The notes beneath the pieces are model-generated. The model was not told the DNA's origin and did no database searches. It saw nothing but the letters and a program-made list of their open reading frames with translations. A stretch of DNA of 63,151 nucleotides, filler included, from Vannella sp. (lineage: Eukaryota): the NCBI GenBank assembly GCA_023345925.1. It is 6 parts of 6 records of this genome, joined end to end, with 100 filler letters (N's around TTAATTAATTAA, not from the genome) between each part and the next. Parts side by side here need not be neighbours in the genome. Positions count along the whole stretch, not along the records: positions 57,444 to 63,151 come from JAJQQN010001064.1; 5 more parts are not named here. One strand, given 5' to 3'. Below, in pieces: positions 57,505 through 63,151 of this stretch. Position 1 is the first letter of the stretch. Each line of letters starts with the position of its first letter. Both the position numbers and the translations under genes were made by a program.

Positions 57505-58533
57505 TCACTTCAGCTTCACCAACTCTTCAAGATCTTCATCGGACAGCTCCTCAAGTCCTTCCCAATCGTGGGGTCTTCTGGATGGAGAAATGATGGAAGC
57601 AAGAGCCTTTTGGAAGCTCTCTGACCCAGCAGGGAGTGTCTCAGGTCTTGCTGCCTTGTACGTGGGCTAACTACTCTGACGGAAGATCGCCCAGGAAGCC
57701 GCTGAAGAATGGTTCGCCACTCAACCACACGGGTGTGGGGGACGTAGGGTGGGGGTTCAAGCCCCAACCGAGGGGGTCAGGGCTCAAAAGGATAACCACC
57801 CTGCAGCCAAAGTTACATTTATTACTCCATTGCAAAATCAGGTAGTAGGTGCTTGCTCGAGGGAATCCCATCCGGGAAGGATCGAACGGTGGTAGTGCAA
57901 TGTGCCGTGTTGTCTGGGTCACCCAGGAGGGAAGACCTCCTGGTTTCTGCTGAGCCCAATGACGACGTGTTTCCTGTTGTGCTTACCCGTGGTATTAACG
58001 TTGCCTTTTCCGTAAAGCTTGATCAATCTTCTGAAGAACGTGGAGTATTTCACCTGGTGGGCAGGAGGGACAGTTTGCTTGTAGAGATCATAAATGGACT
58101 CCTTGTCAGTGTGTGCCCCGCTTTGCAGGGTGTAGTTCGACCTCAAAAAGTCATGGATTTGAGCGATCGTCCTCTCCTTCTTCTCTTTTGCGTCTTGCCC
58201 TTTGGTGTTCTTTTTAATAACATTCGATGGTGCGGGAGATTGTCTTTCAGGGAAGAGCCAGGTCAAGAAGCCTTCAACGTCTGTAGGAGGATAGTCATTG
58301 GGGCCCACAATTTGTAGAGCACTGCTTAGATCGCTTGGGCTTGCAGAGAAGTTGAAGTTTGAAGAGGTGTCCATGTGATGCATGGAAGAGGTGGCCATGT
58401 GATGCATAGAAGAGGTGGCCTGTGGAATGGAAAGGTACTGTACCTTTCCAAACGCAATCCATTGTGTCGGATTTTTGTTTCCCTTCGTCCACGCGCTCGC
58501 ACCGGTTTGTTTTGTGGATCGCTTGGCGACCAT
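57505..58533 (-). CDS. RFX-like winged-helix protein (3' exons uncertain; core ORF ends 57919)
   Basis: DFLRSNYTLQSG..KESIYDLY..STFFRRLIKLY..HVVIGL fits the RFX/D5-type winged-helix pattern; acidic tail WEGLEELSDEDLEELVKLK ends at 57505. Confidence 0.5.
58371..58420. repeat. 24-nt tandem duplication encoding ATSSMHHM x2
   Basis: CCATGTGATGCAT(G/A)GAAGAGGTGG repeated twice. Confidence 0.85.
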
Positions 58534-58707
58534 GGATCGAGTTTCTCTCACGAAGACCCATCCGGGCGTAGGAGACTTCTTTCTTTCGGACTTGGTCTTG
58601 TCAACCCCAAGTTCTTCGGGTTTGGGTCCTTTGAAGCACCCAAACCCGATGGAGGGGAAACTCCCTCGCTTGTGACTTTTCTCCAAGAGGGCAAGGCTGA
58701 TTCCTCT

Positions 58708-59906
58708 TTATTGCTTGTCCGCCAAGAAGACTCGAACAGGGAAAGGCATCGACACGTTGTTCGCCTTGCAGACTTGGCGGATACTGTGTGGGGGGATGAG
58801 TCAGAGCCAGGTTGAGTGGAATTACTGAGAAGCGACTTACGTTGTGTTAACGGTTCCAGTTGCAGCCCTGACCAAGTTACCAGTGTTTCCTTCGACACAG
58901 AATCTCACTTCAAAGATCAAAGCGGACTTGCCAAACTCTCGGAAATAGACTTCTGCAGGTCGGAAGCCGTCTTTGTTGGACAATGCGCTCATCAACAGCT
59001 GTGGAAGAGTGCGTACGAGCTCATCTGAAGTGTTATTGCAGATACCAAACTCCACAGAGCTGTTCAGAGACTCCGCCTTGCAGTAGTTCTGAACAACAGC
59101 GCTGCTAATCACCGAGTTGGGGAAGATGATCACCTCTCCTCCCAACGAGCGCATCCGTGTGGTCTTGAATCCAATGTGCTCGATCGCACCGGTGTGACCT
59201 TGGACAGTGATGGTGTCACCAATGAGGAAAGGCTTGTCCGCGAACATGCTCAGAGAGGCAATCGTGTCTCCCAAGATGGCCTGAGCTGCCAAGGCGATGG
59301 CTAAGCCTCCAATGCCGAAGCCAGCAACTAGAGAAGAGATGTTCATGCCACAGTTGTCCAGGAGGAAGACGCCACCTGCGCTGTAGAGAACAAGGCGGAG
59401 GCCTTTGTGGAAGTTGTCAGAGAGGTTGGCTCCTTCACGCGACTGGGGGTCAATGAGATACTTGTCCACTGCAAAGTTGATAGAAAGCTCAGTGGAGCGG
59501 AGAAGGCGCCACGTGAAGGCACCAAGGAAAGCCATCTTCGCTGCTGTGTCCACTGCAGCGCAGACAGGGTACGTTCTAGTTGCCACGAACGCTGCAAAGG
59601 GTATTACTGTGTAGAGCTGGACCCTTCTCATCTGTCAGGGCCCGAAGTCTGGAGGAGAAGGGAGAAAGGGAAGGGGACGTACCACTTTCCAATGAATTGA
59701 ACGATAAAGTCATCCACGACATTGTCAGTCTTCTTCACTTGCTTCTCCAGCCAACCTTGCAAGGTCTTACGGAGTCCAAGTACTCCTCCTGCGACAACAA
59801 GGAAGACAACAACACACAGAAGCCAGTTCCAGTCGTACGCGTCCTTCTCCAGAGCGCGGGCTATTTCTTCCTTCAGCTCCTTCAGTTGCTCCTCAATGGT
59901 GGTCAT
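58708..59906 (-). CDS. MscS-family mechanosensitive channel, bacterial-like, 3 exons
   Basis: LVAGFGIGGLAIALAAQ..DKPFLIGD..GAIEHIGFKTTRMR..FPNS; intron 58784-58840 gives C-term NNVSMPFPVRV; intron ~59624-59682. Confidence 0.9.
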
Positions 59907-60089
59907 AGCTGTCCTCCAGAAGAATGAAGGCAGAACTTTCTGCTGTCACGTGACCCCTCACCCGAAGTCTTCCATTTTAGTCTCAATTTATATCCGGTTC
60001 CTTTGAACTGATTTATGTAATCATTCCAACGCTCCTCATACTACGACACGCTTGGGACGCATTTCTCGGAGCAAGGAGATCAACATTGG

Positions 60090-60671
60090 ATGGCTGCGTT
60101 GAACATCTGGAGCGTTTGGGTGGCGGAGGATGAAAGGAAGGAAGCGGAAGCAAACCGGAGAGAACAGGAGAGACTGAGGCAGCTGGTGGCCGAGGTTCCA
60201 GAAGAGCTTTGGGTGCAGATCCTCCTCTTTGTGGCTGATCCGTTGTTGATCCTGGCATTTAGGAGTGTGGCGAGACGATTTGCGCGTTTAGCGTGGTCGA
60301 ACGAGGTCTGGAGACCTTTGTTTCATTCTCACTTTGGCCTCTACTCGCAAGGACAGCACGAAGGGCGTTGGTGCGTCCTCTATTTTCATCACCTTTGGAC
60401 CTTACGGGAGGCTGAGGCTCAGAGGGCAACCCTTCTTCGTCTCCTTCGTGCTCAAGAGCAGGAGCAAGGAAGAGAGCCTTCCATTGAGCTCTCTGACGGC
60501 TCTCGAACCTGTCTGGATTGTGGAAATCTTTTTTGGGAGCCTTTGAACCATCCCCGGGCCTGTCAGCGCCATTCTGCCACCTACAACACAGCTACGCTCA
60601 AGTGGAACTGCTGTAGAGAAAGAGAGAGAGGTCACCGCGGCTGTTTAGAGTCTCCCCACCGAACAACCTGA
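60090..60671 (+). CDS. F-box protein with C-terminal Btk-like/CHORD-like zinc finger
   Basis: VPEELWVQILLFV..FRSVARRF..NEVWRPL; CLDC..NHPRACQRH..WNCC..GCLESPH. Confidence 0.8.
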   Translation: MAALNIWSVWVAEDERKEAEANRREQERLRQLVAEVPEELWVQILLFVADPLLILAFRSVARRFARLAWSNEVWRPLFHSHFGLYSQGQHEGRWCVLYFHHLWTLREAEAQRATLLRLLRAQEQEQGREPSIELSDGSRTCLDCGNLFWEPLNHPRACQRHSATYNTATLKWNCCRERERGHRGCLESPHRTT

Positions 60672-60808
60672 TCTATCGCTTGACCTGAGAACGCGTTTCA
60701 GACTTCTCCAATTGATGATGTGATGATTAAGGCCCTGCTTCGTCCATGCCAGTCGAATTTAGAAGCACTTTCAACGGACGTGGTTCAGTGGGGCCGTGAA
60801 CTCTCATC

Positions 60809-60830
60809 AGGGTTTAAGGATTAGGGTTAG
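60809..60830. promoter_or_regulatory. Degenerate telomere-like (telo-box-like) motif upstream of the anoctamin gene
   Basis: AGGGTTTAAGGATTAGGGTTAG about 100 nt before ATG 60928. Confidence 0.35.
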
Positions 60831-60927
60831 ACTGCCCAATTTGAATGGACTCCGTTTTCTTCCATTTGTTTCTAAACAACATTTAGGAGATATTTTAAGA
60901 TTCTCGAAAGAGCCACTTCATCAGCCG

Positions 60928-63030
60928 ATGGCGGGGACGCAGGCGAGCGCTCCGGCTCTGACTGGGATGTGGAGCCAGGACGAGATTGTTGTTCGCTTTC
61001 GTGATTCGAAGAAGCGACCGTGTGAAGAGGCGATGCATTATGTCACACGCTTGGCGGAGGGGGAACGGTTGACTGTCAAACGTGTGGAAGGACAACCCAC
61101 TTGTCTGGCGTTCTCAGCCTCTGATCGTCTGTACTATCGCGAAGCAGAGTTTGCACAGATCCTTAAGCTAAGGAATGGGCGTGATGTTGGAGATGAGTTC
61201 ACTCGAAAGGACAAAGAGTCCTTCGTTGGTTGGAACCAACCCGACTTTTTTGTCCCTGCGGAGCGTGGCTTCATGCTGCGTGAGATGATAGATACAGTAG
61301 CACCTTCTGAGGAACTCAATAAGGTCCTTCTACAGTGCAATTACCCTATCACGGTCTGGCAGACTTATGAGTCCGTCTTTCACGTGTGTCAGCGCGTGGG
61401 ATTGATCGAAACGATCCTCTTACGGCACCTTGACAATCATCGTGATCAGCTTTGGAGACGCATATTCAAGAGCTTCTTCCGGATGCCCACAGGAGAGATA
61501 CGAGACTACTACGGAGAGTCCGTGGCGTTCTATTTTGGCTGGATGAGTTTCTACACAGCCTCGCTGATTCCAGTAGCGTTAGCAGGCTTGCTAATGACTG
61601 TCATGCGCTCAAGTGATGTGACTATCGACAAAGCGCCGTACGTTCCCTTCTTTGCGCTGGGAATGGTGATTTGGGGCTTCGTCTTTGTCAAGTTATGGAA
61701 GAGAAAGACGGCAGAGTTTGCGTATCAGTTTGATACTCTCGAGAGAGTCACCAAAATCAATTATCGAGCCGACTATCACGGAAAGTGGCATCCCAGTGAG
61801 ATCACTGGAGAAATGGAACTGTATTATCCCACTTGGAAGAGGCGCTGCAAGTATTTGGTTTCGGGTGCCGTCACTTTGGCCATGTTAGCGGTGGCTTTTC
61901 TTGTGATGATTTGTCTACTGAACTTGCAAGGGTTTGTAAATCAGTACACGACTTATGGCAATGAGAGTCCTTTCTATATTGCTGGTTTGCATTATTACTC
62001 GGAGCCTGGCCACTTGTTTGATAGGCAGAGCAGTTGGATTCTAGGAATGGTCCCTACGGTGTTACATACACTGACTATCATGATATTGAATCAGCAGATC
62101 TATTCTCGCATCGCTCGTACCTTGACCGAGTGGGAGAACCATCGCACGGACGAGGAACATCAGAATTCTCTGATTCTTAAGCGTTTCCTGTTTGTGGCCT
62201 TTGATTGTTACATCTCCCTATTCTACCTGGCCTTCTATGAGTTTGACGTGATGCGCCTCAGCCAAGAGTTGATGGCACTCTTCACAGTCGATTGCATTCG
62301 TCGTGTGAGCACAGAAACTCTGATTCCTCTGCTTCTCAACAAGGGCCGCTACTGGATCTGGAAGGTTCGGTCTGAACCAGATGCTGATGCTACAAAGGAA
62401 ACCAATCAGCTAGAAAAGGAGTTCCTGCAGCCGGATTTGGTCCAGTTTGACGACTACCTGGAAATGGTCATTCAATACGGTTACATTACTCTCTTTGCTG
62501 CTGCTTTCCCCATGGCTTCGCTTGTCTCCTTCTGTACGAACATGATTGAGATGAAGTCTGATGGCTTCAAACTCTCCTTTGTGGTCAAACGACCTCATGT
62601 TTGCCGGGCCAAGGGAATCGGGACTTGGCAGACTGTGATGGTCTTCCAGACTTGGCTGGCGGTAGCGACCAACGTGTTCCTGTTCGGATTCTCTTCCGAG
62701 CAAATGTTCCAATGGCTACCTCACCTCTTCGAGCACGTAGAAGTGCTCCGAGAAGGTTTGATCACCGTTCAGCACCAGATGCGTTTGGGGATGGCTCGCC
62801 ACGTACTCAGCATTGTGTTCTCTCTGGAGCATCTCCTTGTGTTCGTTGGTCTCATTATCATGTATTCCATCAGCGACATCCCCAGCCAAGTGCGCAAGGG
62901 ACTGATGAGGCGCGAGTATGTGCGACAGCAAGAAGTTAAGGAGCTCCGCCGTGTCTCCAAGCTTCTTGCAGAGAAGGAGCTGGAGGCTTCTTCTACCCCC
63001 AGTGCTCCTGTGAATGACAAGATCCTGTAA
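60928..63030 (+). CDS. Anoctamin/TMEM16 (ANO8/ANO10-like) scramblase or channel
   Basis: IRDYYGESVAFYFGW, LTEWENHRT, FDDYLEMVIQYGY, NMIEMKSDGFKL, GIGTW. Confidence 0.95.
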   Translation: MAGTQASAPALTGMWSQDEIVVRFRDSKKRPCEEAMHYVTRLAEGERLTVKRVEGQPTCLAFSASDRLYYREAEFAQILKLRNGRDVGDEFTRKDKESFVGWNQPDFFVPAERGFMLREMIDTVAPSEELNKVLLQCNYPITVWQTYESVFHVCQRVGLIETILLRHLDNHRDQLWRRIFKSFFRMPTGEIRDYYGESVAFYFGWMSFYTASLIPVALAGLLMTVMRSSDVTIDKAPYVPFFALGMVIWGFVFVKLWKRKTAEFAYQFDTLERVTKINYRADYHGKWHPSEITGEMELYYPTWKRRCKYLVSGAVTLAMLAVAFLVMICLLNLQGFVNQYTTYGNESPFYIAGLHYYSEPGHLFDRQSSWILGMVPTVLHTLTIMILNQQIYSRIARTLTEWENHRTDEEHQNSLILKRFLFVAFDCYISLFYLAFYEFDVMRLSQELMALFTVDCIRRVSTETLIPLLLNKGRYWIWKVRSEPDADATKETNQLEKEFLQPDLVQFDDYLEMVIQYGYITLFAAAFPMASLVSFCTNMIEMKSDGFKLSFVVKRPHVCRAKGIGTWQTVMVFQTWLAVATNVFLFGFSSEQMFQWLPHLFEHVEVLREGLITVQHQMRLGMARHVLSIVFSLEHLLVFVGLIIMYSISDIPSQVRKGLMRREYVRQQEVKELRRVSKLLAEKELEASSTPSAPVNDKIL

Positions 63031-63151
63031 AGCCTCGGGAGAGCCTCGACCGAGTTGTGGACCGATCGTCGATTAAATGCCTTCGCACTCAGGTGGGAGT
63101 TGTTCCTTGGGATGCTTTGCCTCAAAGTGTTGCTTCAGTACCTTAGCACTG

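Overview
Six unrelated contigs of a very gene-dense, intron-containing eukaryotic (protist-like; an amoebozoan-type organism is only a guess) nuclear genome, joined by artificial 100-nt N/TTAATTAATTAA spacers (9076-9175, 17192-17291, 30210-30309, 49116-49215, 57344-57443). Standard genetic code, many small (~35-60 nt, occasionally ~85 nt) GT-AG introns, and intergenic gaps often <100 bp. About 35 protein genes can be rebuilt by splicing ORF fragments: M6P-receptor-like, two PPR proteins, PABPN1, thiamine pyrophosphokinase, USP32-like, DUF5765, FAM120/Asteroid PIN, PEX22-like, VAMP7-like, DCP2, RING1-like, adenosine kinase, AAA ATPase, Josephin, RhoGAP, FHA-forkhead, Ras, HEI10, RCC1 x2, ankyrin x2, WDR41, RFX-like, MscS, F-box and anoctamin. 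No rRNA, tRNA, CRISPR or recognisable transposase was seen. Most notable: (1) an unrecognised W-x-W-x-Q...KL..R...P-x-YK-x-W...CE[KR]G domain family present twice plus a pseudogene; (2) a C2-DH-PH-FYVE RhoGEF fused in frame to a catalytically dead alpha/beta-hydrolase; (3) HAT-repeat/DGCR6 and C2-ARM-UBR-UBR-RING fusions; (4) a ~72-nt dispersed non-coding repeat on two contigs; (5) a conserved internal telomere-like 23-mer between convergent genes; (6) frequent AAG/GAG 3' splice sites. All exon structures are hand-inferred, and all family calls come from motif recognition without database searches.
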